Shown: one piece after another, positions 12,587 to 29,226 of the stretch | Numbering within the stretch: the stretch's first letter is position 1 | How the letters are laid out: each line of letters opens with the position of its first letter | From: Yuukianura sp. NJ FZ-2021 | Lineage: Eukaryota | Reading direction: 5' to 3' | Assembly: GCA_046563655.1 (NCBI GenBank) | Contig: CM102283.1 | Coordinates: 6,262,001-6,326,000 of the forward strand | DNA: 64,000 bases | Notes under the pieces: generated by a model | Database searches by the model: none | The model's input: only the letters and a program-made list of their open reading frames with translations | Told to the model about the DNA's origin: nothing | Program-made: the position numbers and the translations under genes

Positions 12587-14950
12587 ATGGGTGACTACGG
12601 TGGAACCAAAGGGGTAGGAGCAATCCAAATTGTAATTAGTGACGATGAACATACATTTGAGCTGGATGAGGTAGCACTGGAGAAGGTTCTACTGCGGGAC
12701 GATATCAAGGACTTGCCAGTTGCTGTTGTATCCGTCGCTGGGGCTTTTCGCAAAGGAAAGTCCTTCCTATTGGATTTCTTTATCCGATATCTTAGAGCTC
12801 AGGTGGGGTCAAATACTTGTTCAGTGTTGCTTTTAATTGGGTGATTACGTTTTCAAGAATTTTTTTTAATTTTTGTATTTTAATTGGTTTCAGGGTGCAG
12901 AGGATTGGCTAGGAGATGACAGCAGTCCACTGGAAGGGTTCTCCTGGAGAGGCGGAGCAGAGAGAGACACTACTGGAATTCTTCTTTGGTCAGAAGTATT
13001 CAAGGTCAAAACTCCAACTGGTGAAGAAATCGCTGTTATTCTCATGGACACTCAAGTACGTTGACTTCGACTACTAAAGTTGGGGCAACCAAAATAGACC
13101 CAAGTTTTTCTAGAGGATACTCGCACTCACGCCCTTCTCCAACTGGCACCCGCTTCTCCACTCAACTCCAAAATGAACCTCCCATCTAAGAAGAGACTGC
13201 CACAAGCTTTACAGAGGTGTGAGTGCGAGTATCCTCTACAAAAACTTGGGTCTATTTTGGTTGCCCCAACTATAGTAATCAGTCAAGATTTGTAGATTCA
13301 GCATGCTCAATGCCCAAGATTATTATTTTGTTGATTGTTTTAGGGCGCTTTCGACAGTGAGAGCACAGTTCGCGATTGTGCTACAATTTTTGCTCTGAGT
13401 ACAATGACCAGCTCAGTACAAATCTACAATTTGACGGGGAATATCCAGGAAGACGATTTGCAACATCTACAACTGTTCACGGAGTATGGACGTCTCGCTC
13501 TCGAAGACTGTAATGATACACCTTTCCAGAAGATTCAATTCTTGGTCCGTGACTGGAGTTTCCCATACGACGCTCCATATGGTGCTGAAGGAGGTCACAC
13601 AATTCTAGAGCGTCGTCTTGAAGTAAGTTTTCAAAACAACTCAAACCTTCTTAACTGTCCTAACTTAACGAATCATTCTCGTTTAGGTCAAGGAAAGACA
13701 GCACCACGAGCTTCAAACTCTTCGCAAGCACATCCGATCCTGCTTTAGTGAAATCTCTTGCTTTCTCATGCCTCATCCCGGTCTACGAGTTGCAACCAAC
13801 CCTGCCTTCGACGGTCGTATCTCCGACATTGAAAAAGAGTTCATCCACCACCTGTCTGTACTGGTTCCACTAATTCTATCCCCAAAGAATTTGGTTGTGA
13901 AACGAATTGGAGGTCAGAAGGTTCGTGTGAAGGAACTGGTGCATTACTTCAAGGCATACACCTCAATTTACCAAGGAAATGAGCTACCAGAACCAAAGTC
14001 AATGCTGGAAGCCACTGCAGAAGCCAACAATTTATCGGCAGTTGTCAGTGCCAAGGACATGTACGTGGCTGTCATGGAAGATCATTGTGGAGGAACCCAG
14101 CCATATATGACCACTGCTCGACTGGAAACGGAGCATCTAAATGCGAAACAGAGAGCTGTGGATGAATTTGAAGCCAGTAAGAAAATGGGCGGACGTGACT
14201 TTTCTAATAAGTACTTGGAAACACTTGAGAAGGTAAGTACTTTAGCTGCGGTATTTAGTTAGTTTAAATTATTTTTAATTACAATCATGTTTACTTGGTG
14301 TTTGTAGGACATGGAAGATCTGTTTCTCAACTATAAGGCTCACAATGAAAGTAAAAATATTTTCAAATCGGCCCGAACTCCTGCAACGTTGTTCACTGTT
14401 GCTGCGATCTGCTACATCTTATCAGGAATGTTCGGTCTCTTCGGGATGTACTCATTTTCCAACATGTTCAATCTATTCATGGGCGTAGCACTTCTGCTTC
14501 TTGCTTTCTGGGCCTACGCCAGGTAATCGAAAACTTAATTTATTTATATTACCCAATAAAACCCAGTGTTCGAAAGTCCTTGAAGACAAAACTCCGCTTG
14601 CTCAAGCTTTTTTAAAAATTCTTTCAGATATAGCGGAGAGTTCCGACAACTTGGATCTTACGTCGATGTTGGAGCAGATCATGTCTGGAAGTTTGTAAGG
14701 CAGTCATGAATCACATACCATACCATTGACGTGAAAACAGACTAATCTTAAGTTATTCAATTTGTTACAACAGGGCTTGCGGCCTGTGTACGCCAAGGTG
14801 ATGTCTAAAGGAATTGAGTCAGCGACGAACGAAATGCTTGGCAATGGAACTAACAGTACTGAAGATCTATTCTCTCCGCGGAAGGCCAAGGGGTCCTCAA
14901 CAACTGTAAGACCTTCTGGATCCTTCAGAACACCAAAGATCAAGAACTGA
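12587..14950 (+). CDS. atl: Atlastin (ER-fusion GTPase), multi-exon
   Basis: [18 protein letters not shown] (P-loop), [49 protein letters not shown], and two C-terminal TM helices. Confidence 0.97.
13074..13275. mobile_element. MITE (~200 bp) in atlastin intron 2, ~57-bp TIRs, TA-flanked
   Basis: ta|ctaaagttggggcaaccaaaatagacccaagtttttctagaggatactcgcactcac ... gtgagtgcgagtatcctctacaaaaacttgggtctattttggttgccccaactatag|ta; near-perfect inverted match. Confidence 0.88.
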
Positions 14951-15635
14951 TCGAGAACTCACTAAAAGTCACCTAGGAGACATTACACTCATAACAAAAA
15001 TTAAGTAAGTTCTTCCTTAGGAAGCGCACTAAATTACAACTCCCCGAAAAATAATTTTCCTAGAATCCTTCTTCCTTTTACTCGTGGCCATCCTCCTCAG
15101 AAACTAATAATAATTACGAATTATGTTTTCCGTCAATAATTGACGATACGTATTTGTGAATTGTGATGGATGCATTTAAAATCGAACTTCTTCAAATAAA
15201 TGTGAATTATTAATAATAATAGAATACTCGTTGCATTTTGCACTTTCATTTCCAGCGGGACTTGCGACTTGCGGGAACTGAAAACGTCAAATACTAAAAT
15301 GAAAACCACACATGACAAAATTGGCAGGAATGAGTTTGACAATGCAGCGAGAGAAATTCATTTTTTGCTTAAAGATTTCGATATTTGTTTTCTTTTCAAT
15401 TGTTTTGTGTACAGACTAGACAGAGTCAGTCAGAGGTCGTAGAAACATCCGGTGCGGTCGTGCCACTAACAGGAAATTAACGCCGGTAAGCGATTTAATT
15501 GCACTGGATCTGAATTGTTGTGGGTTAATAATATTTGTGTTCTCGGCTACCCAACCGATTTAGTAATACAACTTCGATAGTTTTTCTGGTTTGGGTCTTG
15601 CTGATGCTGGTTTTCATTTCGAAAATTTTTAGACA

Positions 15636-16828
15636 ATGGACGACCCACCTCCAGTACTTGTTCCGGTAGAAGCCTGTGCTAGTTCTCCCGTTCCAGTGAC
15701 GATACTTACTGGTTACTTAGGTGCTGGAAAAACAACACTGCTCAACTACATCCTACATGAACAACAACAGAAAAGGATCGCTGTAATCCTCAATGAATTT
15801 GGGAATGATGCAGTCATGGAGAAAAGTTTGTCAATTGGCGAAGGTGGTCAGTTGTTTGAAGAATGGCTGGAACTTAGAAATGGCTGCTTGTGCTGGTAAT
15901 TGTTTAAATAGTTAACATATAACCAAGAATTTAACTAGAAAGTAAGTAAGACTTAATAATTCAGTAGTTGACACTCAACAGTTCTGTCAAAGACAATGGG
16001 ATCAAGGCAATTGAAAATCTAATCAAGAAGCAGAAGAAAATCGATTACATCCTGCTCGAGTGCAGCGGATTAGCCGACCCAGCACAAGTTGCCAATATGT
16101 TTTGGTTAGACTCGGAATTGGGAAGTGACATTTACCTTGACGGAGTGATAACAATTGTGGATGCTAAGCTTGGACTGGACAGATTTCAGGAAAATGATAG
16201 CACCGAGGTATCCTCATCTTCGATGAAATCTTCCAATGTGGCTATACGACAAGTCGCCGTTGCTGATGTGATCCTTCTGAACAAAAGTGATCTCGTCTCA
16301 GAAGAATCTGTTGAAACTATCCTCGTGGCGCTTCAAACTATAAACCAGTCATCATGTATCCATGTCACGAAACACTGCACCATTGATTTAGAACAGATAC
16401 TGGACTTGAGAGCTTACGATGGAATTCAGCAAAGTAGACTCAGCACTCTGGCATCTCTGCCACAAAGTCCACATTTACCAAAAGATGTTCGAACGGTGCT
16501 ACTAAAATTGCCTTCTGAAGTAGACAAGGATGTTCTGGATGTCTTTCTGCAGGAAATCCTCTGGGAACAAAAAGACAGCGAAATCTGGAGAATCAAAGGC
16601 ATCGCCCATATTCCGAAGGGATGTCAGCATGATTTTGGAGAAGGGCAATGGGCATGGATGGTCCAAGGTGTCAATGAGGTATACGAGGTCACTCCACTCC
16701 AAATTCGAGATCCAGAAGAATTAGCAAGTCCGGTTAGTAGATTAATTCTTATTGGGAAAAACTTGGATGAAACGGAACTGCTCAACTGTTTAGAAAAACT
16801 AATACAAAATGAAAATTTTCAACGTTAA
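15636..16828 (+). CDS. ZNG1: Zinc-regulated GTPase metalloprotein activator / COBW-domain protein (COG0523), 2 exons
   Basis: Walker [14 protein letters not shown], spliced GCLC|CSVKD (CxCC), [12 protein letters not shown], and a CobW-C domain (WRIKG...LILIGKNLD). Confidence 0.93.
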
Positions 16829-16978
16829 ACTTTTGCTGGAGACATTTGAGTACTGTTTTACTTGATTCTTTGTCAGATCGGAAATATTGAGATTTTTATA
16901 CTACAATTAACTGTGCTATGAAAATAAACCTTTCGATTCTCATGAGAAGGAACAACAATATTTTTGTCTAGCAACAAC

Positions 16979-19883
16979 TTATTCTAGTGAAATTAGTAGA
17001 TCTTCATCTGATACGGTGTCGCCTTCTTTTACTTTTACTTCCTTCACGATTCCATCTGCCCCGATAACTAACTTGTTTTGCATCTTCATGGCCTCTGAAA
17101 TTGGACAAATAGATGACATGAAAGATTGTTTCCAAAATGTTAACACCAAAAAACTTGATAATTAGCGCAACGTACCAATGACGCAGACCTCTTGGCCCTT
17201 GAACACTTTGTCTCCGACTTTGACCGACACGGCACGGACTACTCCAGGCATGGGACTCAGCAGTTCCTTTGCATGTTCACCCTATTAAGAATTCTTTTTA
17301 GATAAAGTAGTGTTTCAGAAGTTGGATCCGCGTGATTAGTCGTATTAATAATTCTTACAGATTTGTGGTGTGGCATCAAGTGACTCAAGCTTTGAGTCAA
17401 TGGCGACACAAGTTTAAACGTATACGTCGCTCCCTGGAACCCGATAGTCCAAACCGGCCCTTTTCCCCTGCCATGGATTTGCAAAATAAAAGTCTCCCCG
17501 CCGACATCCAGAGAAACTACAGACTTGGTCATATCCCATTCGGGCACGGTAAGATCCTCTCCAGCAATATTTAACTGCAAGGCAATAACAATTCTCATGC
17601 TGCAATTCGCTAAAAGTTAAACACAAAATTGCAAATCTTACTCGGAGGCCGCCAGTGACCTTTGAAGCTGTTACTGTATTGGTATTTTCGTCACTTTGAA
17701 CAACAAATTCCCAATTGGACTGAGTCTGCTTCTGCTGCAATTGTAATCGTAGATTTCTGCTGATTTCAAGAGCGGTAGCAACTCCTTGAAGGACTAGAAA
17801 GTGGGACGCCGACAACTTCGGTATCGAAAATCCATGGGGGTACACGCGAGGAAGGTAATTTGTGTTCGTTTCCCCTTTTACATACGAGTCCTATAAAAAC
17901 AATAAGTGAAAAAGTACATTCTTGGTTAAAGAATTCTCAAGTATCTCTCTGCTTCTGCAGTATCCAGTATCTTACCTCTGATAAAATGTCTCTCAACAGA
18001 GGTATGTTGTGTGAGACACCTTGAATTACGTACGAATCCAGAGCTTTCTTTCCTAGATTGATTGCATCTAGCCGATTCTTTCCGTAAGTCACGAGCTTAC
18101 AGATCATTGGATCGTAGAAGACAGATATCTCGGAGCCTTCTCGTACACCCGAATCGCATCGAATTCCTTCTCCTACCGGTTCCTCATACCTAAAAACGTG
18201 TTATAAGAAAACTAATCCGCTATAAGAAATCTGGAAAGCACAGGCAAGATTTCTCAAATTACTTGAACAGTCTTCCAGTCGAAGGGGTCCCAAAGTTTCT
18301 CGTGGCATCTTCGGCATATACTCGCATTTCTACTGCCCAGCCATCGACAGGAATGTCAGCCTGTGAAAACCTCAAGGGATGACCGTAAGCGACACGAATC
18401 ATTTCTTGCACCAAGTCCACACCAGTGATACATTCCGTAATTGGGTGCTCCACCTAGTAGTTGAAAATTTTTTAAATATTGTAAGCTTGTACGTGAAGCG
18501 TAGATTGTAAAAGAAAAAGAACGATTGACTCACCTGAAGCCGAGTATTCATTTCTAAGAAGTAAAAATTCCTTTGAGCATCGACTAAAAATTCGACAGTT
18601 CCAGCTGATGTATATCCGATTGCCTTGGCCAAATCTAAAGCTTGTGTTCCCATAGCCTTTCTTAGAGCAGGATCTACAAATGGACTTGGAGCTTCTTCAA
18701 TCACTTTTTGATTACGACGTTGAATGGAACACTCCCTCTCGTTAAGGTAAACTCCGTTCCCGTGAGCGTCACACAGAATCTGTATCTCAATGTGTCTGGG
18801 CTCCTCGACGAATTTTTCAACCAAAATTCGGTCGTCGCCAAAAGATGCTTTGGCTTCATTCTTCGATAGACGAAATCCTTCGACTGCTTCTTTGTCATTG
18901 CGAGCAATTCTCATTCTGAAATTCAAATGATACAAAAATTCCAAATAAAACAATTAAAGCAACAAGTAACTGATTGAATTCAATCACTTTACCCCTTCCC
19001 TCCGCCTCCAGCCGAGGCCTTGATCATCACAGGGTATCCAATTGAGTTGGCAATCTCTACGCAGTGCTCATCGTCTCGAATTTCTCCATCAAACCCAGGA
19101 ACCTTCAAATCATTTCGTAAATTTTGGAAGCTACTTAAGCAATATCATGCGGATTTGTTATTTTAGGATGGAGAATTGGCTTACGATGTTGACTTTAGCA
19201 TGTCCAGCAAGTCGCTTGCTCTCCAGTTTATCACCCATTCCACGGATAGCTGCTGCCGGTGGTCCCATGAATTTGACTTTCATATCTTCCTGAGAGTCCA
19301 GATTGAAATATCGTAAAAACTTCAACGGATTTGTGCGTTAAATTCACTTACCAAATGCTGGACGAAACGGGCATTTTCAGAAAGGAAACCATAACCCGGA
19401 TGAACGGCTTGAGCTCCTGTCCTCTTGATAACCTCGACGATTTTATCCATCCGGAGATACGATTCTGCTGCTTGAGGATCCCCAATGCAAACTGCTTCAT
19501 CCGCCATTTCTACATGCATCTAAACATTCAAGATTTAAAAGCCCATAAAGAATCGTTTTTACCACCATAAAAATTCTTGAAACACCAACCGATCTTGCGT
19601 CTGCGGTTGAATAAATTGCGACAGTTTTTATGCCCATCTTCTTGGCCGTTTTGATAACACGGACAGCAATTTCGCCTCGGTTGGCAATTAAAATTTTATC
19701 AAAAGTTGGCTCATTGAGATCAATTGGGTTTGTTCGGTAAATTGTGTCCACCCATTCCTGTTTACTTCCGTACTTCGGAACTCGTGGAATTTCCGGCCGA
19801 GCAACTGCGGCAGCAACAGCAGCTTTTTGTAGCTGCGAACGGTAGGTAGAGAAACGTCGACACGATGGCCAGAGAGAGGACAT
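16979..19883 (-). CDS. PCCA: Propionyl-CoA carboxylase alpha chain (mitochondrial), multi-exon
   Basis: Transit-like N-terminus; [74 protein letters not shown]; biotinyl-Lys motif EAMKMQN in the last exon. Confidence 0.93.
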
Positions 19884-20377
19884 CTTGGATTTCCGATTTC
19901 CTTTGATTAAAGATTAATAATCACTGCCGCTAATACCAATTGAAGCGATACCGTGTCGATCGACCTCACCTTTCCTTCGCCGCTTCAATGACAAGCTCGG
20001 CTCAAGTCTTATTCAACTGACTTGTCTGAACTTTTTTGATCCAAGTCAGCTGATCACTTTAAAACTTACGCAAGGACAGAAAGCAAGCTGAGAGTGGGAC
20101 TAAACCTATGAATTCTCGCACACCTTTTTAAATGCATCAGCATCTCATAAATCTGCGACAGTTTTTGAACTCAAAAGGATTTCTGAACAGCAAAAAATTC
20201 GACAGATTGCGAAATCACCCGGTTTTCGTTGATGACGTTAGTTGATTTGTATTTATTGTTAACGATTATTAGGATTTACCTTTACAACCGTTGGCTGCAG
20301 TTGTGCCAACATTTAGCTCATTACATATGACATCTAATTTTGCAGTGGAGCTCTAATTGTTTCAGTTTTAAAATGAT

Positions 20378-23154
<2,777 letters not shown>

Positions 23155-24510
23155 TCAATGAATTTGATTCGTATTTCTGCTTCCTAGAAAAGAAAGAGAA
23201 CTGATTGAGCGGAGCCACTTAACATTTAACAGTGACGACTTGTTACGAATGACTCTTCGTTCGTACCTGAGTCTCTCAGTTTCACAGAAAATGAATTGGA
23301 GCCTTCGTCAGATTTCTGAAAAGAGCATAAATAACATATTTGTTAATCTACAATCATGCAATAGCCTAACATAACATACCCACCAACACCAAGTGTTTGT
23401 TACTTGGTCCTGGTTGTATTATGTCGTATGATATTTTTGGAAATCGGGTTCACAACAAACAGGTAAAGTATTTAACCCGCAAGGCCGCAGTAACTTAATT
23501 AATTAAACCTAATCTAATCGAATGACAGCATTTAATACCCTTACCTAATTAATTTACTTGTTGTTATTCATTCGACATTCAAGCTGATTGAATGGGATTT
23601 TTAAAACAAAAAACCGCCAGCCTCTCCTTTGTCCCGTGCAAATTTTCTAGACAACAAATTCCAGTGCCAAATTCCAAATTGCTATAGAAACGGTTTTGCA
23701 AAAGCACACGCACCAGGCACCAGTGACAATTACTTTCATTGATGGTCATGATTCATGCGAGTCTCGTTTCGAGAAGGAAAAGATTTCATACAAATACATT
23801 ATTAAATTGATGAAATGAAATTATATAAACAATTATCAACTAATCTGAAAAATGCAAGATTAAACCCATTTAATTTATAATTACTCAATCCCCTTACTGT
23901 GAACTCTGCCATCTTTTGGTTAACAAGGCAGAATACCCTCCAAGAAAAAAATAGCATGTCGGCATTTCTGGGGAGTATGCTGTGACGCCAAGCCGCTTTC
24001 AGCCGGGATTATAATATTTAGAATAGTTTTTGTTATGTAAATTTAAGGTTTCTGCCCCCCCCCCCTCCCGTATACTCTACCTTTATTCGCATAATTTTAT
24101 ATTTGAAGCATCAAGAATTTTGATAACAATGTAATTTACACGGAGAATCTTTTGATTAAATTGATGGCTTGAAGTTTTGGGGTCCTTCGTCACACGAAGG
24201 AATTAAATTAGTGAAATGCTTGCAACAAAAATGAGGTTTGATAAAATTTGCAAAAGACCATAGAATTTTTACATTTGCCTATTTTCATGTAATAAGTTAA
24301 TAAGATTTAGTTATTTGGTCATTTGCGGTAAGTATTTGCTAATTTGTTATTTTCAAGCAAGATAGATTGGTCTTTCGCAGACACGAACAACATAATTATT
24401 GCGGACGTCTGATTATTCTCCGTTGTGTAAAATTTTACGGAACCAAACGAAAATCTGTGAATCTGTCTGTGTATGTCTCGTCCGAACTCGGCTCTGGGGG
24501 GAGATGCAAT

Positions 24511-25714
24511 AGAGTTTCTAAGTCTGGTTATTTCCAAAGTCCAGCCCAAAGTACGGTCAATAGAAGGCAAAGTCTAAGACCAAGCCTTAGACTTAGCCAA
24601 TAACTGAGACAAAGCATAGACAAAGCGAAGGCAGAGTCCAGAAAAATGCAAGTCAATTGAATCCGTGAATTCAATAGACTTTCTAATTGGTCAGAGTCTA
24701 AGACTTTCCCAGGCTTACTCAAGAGTAGGCCTAGCATTGTCTAAGCATGTTCTTTCGTACTTTTGTACTTACTTTTTTAATTTTCTAAATGAAAACCTGC
24801 ATTAATTATAATATTTTAACACTTCTAAAAATTCATGTGGGTAAAAGCATAAACATTGACATAATGCATATATGCATATAAAATAAGTATACACAGTGAT
24901 ATTGTGCATATATGCATATAATATAAACAGGCATATTTATATTATGATATAAATACTTCTTATATTATATATGCATATGATATTAGCCATATATGCAAGT
25001 AATATAAGTATACATGTTGTTATTATGCATATGATGCATTATATTATGTGTATTATGTATATAATATAAGTATGAATCCATGACATCTTATGCCATATCA
25101 TGACATATATCTGTATACATGATATATGCCTGATATATGCATGATATATAGTGCATATCTCCATATACATGATATATACCTGATATATGCATGATATATG
25201 CATGATATACTGTCCATATCTCCATATACATGATATATACCTGATATATGCATGATATATGCATGATATACTGTCCATATCTCCATATACATGATATATA
25301 CCTGATATATGCATGATATATCGTGCATATCTTCACATACATGATGAAGGCATGATATATGCCCTATAAATCATTTCATATAGTAATTATCATATGTTAT
25401 TGCACACACCACTAAACTGTTACTGTTAACGTTAATTAATATAACTAATGTTAAGTGTAATAATAGATGTATATACGACATAATATAATTAATAATTGCA
25501 GTATTAATTAATATATGAAAAAAAGATTAAAAAACAAAGGTAAAAAAAATTGCAGGGTGGCGGGATCCGAACGGGTGAACTTTCAAAAAGGGCTTAGACT
25601 TGACTTTGGCGTAAGCCCGCTAAAGTCGAGTCCCGAGTTCCGATTGAATTTCGGACTTCGGCCAGTCTAGGGACTCGACTTTGACGGTCTAAGGACTTTG
25701 GGCTTAAAAGCTCC
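24511..25714. mobile_element. Possible non-autonomous DNA element carrying the minisatellite
   Basis: Degenerate inverted ends aat|agagtttctaagtc ... ggcttaaaagctcc|att. Repeated agtctaag/cttagact motifs in both subterminal blocks (24520-24750, 25590-25710). Confidence 0.4.
25085..25360. repeat. Minisatellite: 61-bp higher-order unit built from ~11-bp catgatatat(g/a) subunits
   Basis: The unit catgatatatacctgatatatgcatgatatatgcatgatatactgtccatatctccatata starts at 25168 and 25229 and partially at 25290 (period 61). Degenerate AT-rich flanks extend from ~24860. Confidence 0.9.
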
Positions 25715-26230
25715 ATTTCTAATGAATCTCCTTCTTGAAAGGAAAGGATCTTGGGAACCGCTCGTCGTTTTACAAGTGTAAATCTCGTCACCTCCGTTTT
25801 TGGATTACTCGTCTCGTCGTAGTTGATTAATTATTGGAATCTTTATTTTACCCTCGGCTCGGTATTCAATTGTCTCTTGTCTGTTCAGACTGAAATACGT
25901 TACAAAAACCATAAACGGCAGTAAGGTAAATAATCGTCCATTTTAGTTGGTATTGTCCCGTTACAAAAGTCGTGTGATGGTTCTGGTTACTGGTTAGTCT
26001 ATGTCCTTCCATTTCGTTAATCTGCTCTGGTATAGTACGGTGTGTTTCCTTAATCACAAACGTGATAAATCATTCGATTTCATTTTGTGAAAAAAGATAA
26101 ATACTGTTACACGATTAGTATAATTTAATTTCATTAGAGTACCATCGGTTGGTACTTGAAACCAGACGAGTTTACAACTTACAAGTTTATTTTGTTTTGT
26201 TTGTAGTTTACACGTAGTTCGGAGAACAAG

Positions 26231-28725
26231 ATGTCTAGCGACAGGAAGAAAGGTTACAAGAATACGGCCCTTGATTCTCAAGAACTTCGCCGACGTCGTG
26301 AAGAAGAAGGCATTCAGTTACGTAAAGCAAAGCGCGAGGAACAGTTGTCTAAGAAGAGAAATGTTGACGCTGATAATCAGTCCCATCTATCGGTTAGTGT
26401 TCAAGCGTACAATATATCAATCAGTAAGCTTAATAGTCTTAATTTTTTTTTCGCTTTTCCTCTCAAGGAAGCGGAGTCCACCATTATTGCAGAGGATATC
26501 ATTACACTGCTGAACTCACCGAATCCAGAAGATCAACTACGGGCAACCCAAAAGGTCCGAAAACTTTTGTCCCGGGAACCCTCTCCGCCTATCAATGCCG
26601 TCATCCAAACCGGAATAGTTCCGAGATTTGTCGATTTTCTTAGAGATGACACCAACGGGCCATTGCAGGTATTTCTTTTGATCAACTTGACAAACTATCA
26701 TTTTCATGACTTCATTAGTACTATACGTTTGAGTTTGCGACATAGAACAACTTCTCCTTTGTTTATTCTTCTCTCAACCAAAAGTTTAGCATAATTGCTT
26801 ACCAGAAAACCTCTTTTATTTGGTCTTCGAACGAGTGTTTATTTGTATTTCTGTGAATGACTCATGGAATCATTGGAGAATGTTTTATCAGAATTGTGGG
26901 AGAATGAATTTAAGGGAGAACGGTGTTCGAATGTCCAATTTTCTGATTGTTTTGATTGTTCGCTAAAGTTCGAGGCTGCCTGGGCACTCACAAACATTGC
27001 TTCTGGAACATCAGACCAGACTCGAATTGTTATGGAGGCTGGAGCTGTTCCAATCTTCATCCACCTTCTGGACTCACCATACGAGGATGTACAGGAACAG
27101 TCCGTCTGGGCTCTGGGAAATATTGCTGGTGACTCTCCCGAATGTAGAGACTACGTCCTTAGCCTAGGAATTCTCTCACCACTCCTTCAGTAAGACAAAG
27201 CTAATGGGTGACTGGGTTTCAAGTTAACGATTTATGGGAGTTGAGCTAATTTTAACTGATAAAATGATCTGAGCGGTGGAAAACTATTGAGTGTGAGCGA
27301 GACTGGCTCCCGAACCTCTTCCTCCTTCCGTTCTTTTCTCTTTGTATTATTTCAGATGTTCATTGCGTTTAATATTCATATTATATTTTAGCTCAACTCT
27401 TATTCACCGCGAAAATCAATTTCTAATTGGCAAGATTTTGGCTGGATTTTTGTAAAGTTCACGGATCTTTTGCTGTTTTTCAGACTCATTTCCAACGCTG
27501 TGCGTTTGTCGATGATACGCAACGCAGTTTGGGCTCTTTCGAATCTATGTCGTGGAAAGAATCCTGCTCCGGATTTCGCTAAAGTGGCTCCATGTTTGGT
27601 GATTTTGGCTCGACTTCTGATGCACAATGATGCTGATATACTTGCTGACGCTTGTTGGGCGATTTCCTATTTATCGGATGGGCCAAATGAAAAAATTCAA
27701 GCTGTTTTGGAATCGGGTGTCTGCAAACGACTAGTTGAACTCCTCATGTAAGAAAATGACAAACACAAAAACTTATCACTTGGTTCCAATTGTGTGTTTT
27801 ATTGCTCAGGCACCCACACCAAAATGTGGTTTCTGCAGCTCTTCGTGCTGTCGGGAATATTGTGACTGGGGATGACGTCCAGACGCAGCAAATCCTCAAC
27901 TGCAGTGTCCTGCCCTGTCTTCTTCATCTCATGTCGGCAACGAAAGAGTCAATCAAGAAAGAGGCGTGTTGGACTGTGTCCAACATTACTGCAGGCAACC
28001 GTGTGCAAATCCAGGTAACGACGACAAGCAGTTCATTGTATGCTGGGCTGTATTGACATTAAGCTAAATTTTCGTTTCTGCTTAGGCTGTGGTCGATGCA
28101 AATGTATTCCCGGTGCTCATCGATATTATGAAGGGTGGAGATTTCAAGACTAGGAAAGAGGCAGCTTGGGCTGTTGTCAATGCGACTTCCGGTGGAAGTC
28201 CGGAACAGATTCGCTACCTTGTCAACCAAGGCGCGATTCCTCCGCTTTGCGATTTTCTTACGACGCAGGACGTCAAAATCGTCCAGGTACTAATTACTAT
28301 TAGTTGGATTTTAAACGGAAGTACTTACACTTTGTATACATTGGTTTTGTTTTTCAGGTTGCTCTCAATGGCATTGAGAATATCCTAAAAGTGGGAGATG
28401 CCGATGCCAAAGCTTCTGGAGATCACAACCGATTTGCTGTACTCATTGAGGAGTGTTACGGTAAGTTAAAAACCTTTAGTAAATGCAGAATTTGACCTCG
28501 TGACTTCTGCTGAAACAAATCCTGTATTGATTTTTGTTTTCAGGATTGGACAAGATTGAGTTTTTGCAGTCTCATGAAAACTTGGATATTTACCAAAAGG
28601 CATTCGACATGATTGAGAATTACTTCGGCACTGAAGAAGAAGATGAAAAACTTGCTCCCGCTGTTGATGAAAATGCTGAGCAGTTTCAATTCGGAGCTGC
28701 ACAACCATCTGCTTTCAATTTCTAA
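26231..28725 (+). CDS. Importin alpha (alpha-1 / KPNA1-5-6 clade), multi-exon
   Basis: IBB domain [39 protein letters not shown] repeats [57 protein letters not shown]-terminal [13 protein letters not shown]. Confidence 0.95.
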
Positions 28726-29226
28726 ATTCTCTAAAAATCAAAAACGTAAGTTTAACGACAGCCCTTTTCAAAGGCAAAACATTGATGATTTAATTGATTG
28801 TTGATTCGATTGGCCAAACCTCTACCCCTCATTACTGTTTTCAAAAATAGATTTCAAAATACTTGATTTCGGCCATACTCCAAAATAGTAACGCTGATAA
28901 TTAAAAGGCGTAAATCTGATGTAATCATACGCCAGCAGTACTACTCTTGATAATAAGTTTGATGGTGACGACTAGAACGACAAAGGACTGAGTTATGGTT
29001 TTATTTTACGTCAGGATTTACGTTGTCCCACTATTTTACGTTAGCTTTCCTTTTCTGTTTTCTGTTAAAACGTTAAGGAATTTTAGTTTCCCCTTTGTCG
29101 GAAGATGTTGTTAATGAATTTAGAAATAAAGTTGCTCTTTGAGTAATCGTAGTTAACATAAATAATTTATCACAATATTCTGGAGCTTGCAGTTCCAGCG
29201 ATTTCTGTCAGTTGTGTTCATTCGTT

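Noticed and set aside
25039-25342. Three overlapping minus-strand ORFs with repeated Y/I/H/M peptides
   Set aside because: Artefact of a stop-free minisatellite; open in all three frames.
25085-25360. CRISPR-like periodicity
   Set aside because: Head-to-tail tandem units with no unique spacers, no cas genes, and a eukaryotic context.
26850-26950. Box C/D snoRNA in an importin intron
   Set aside because: No canonical RTGATGA box C and no terminal stem; a ctga alone is insufficient.
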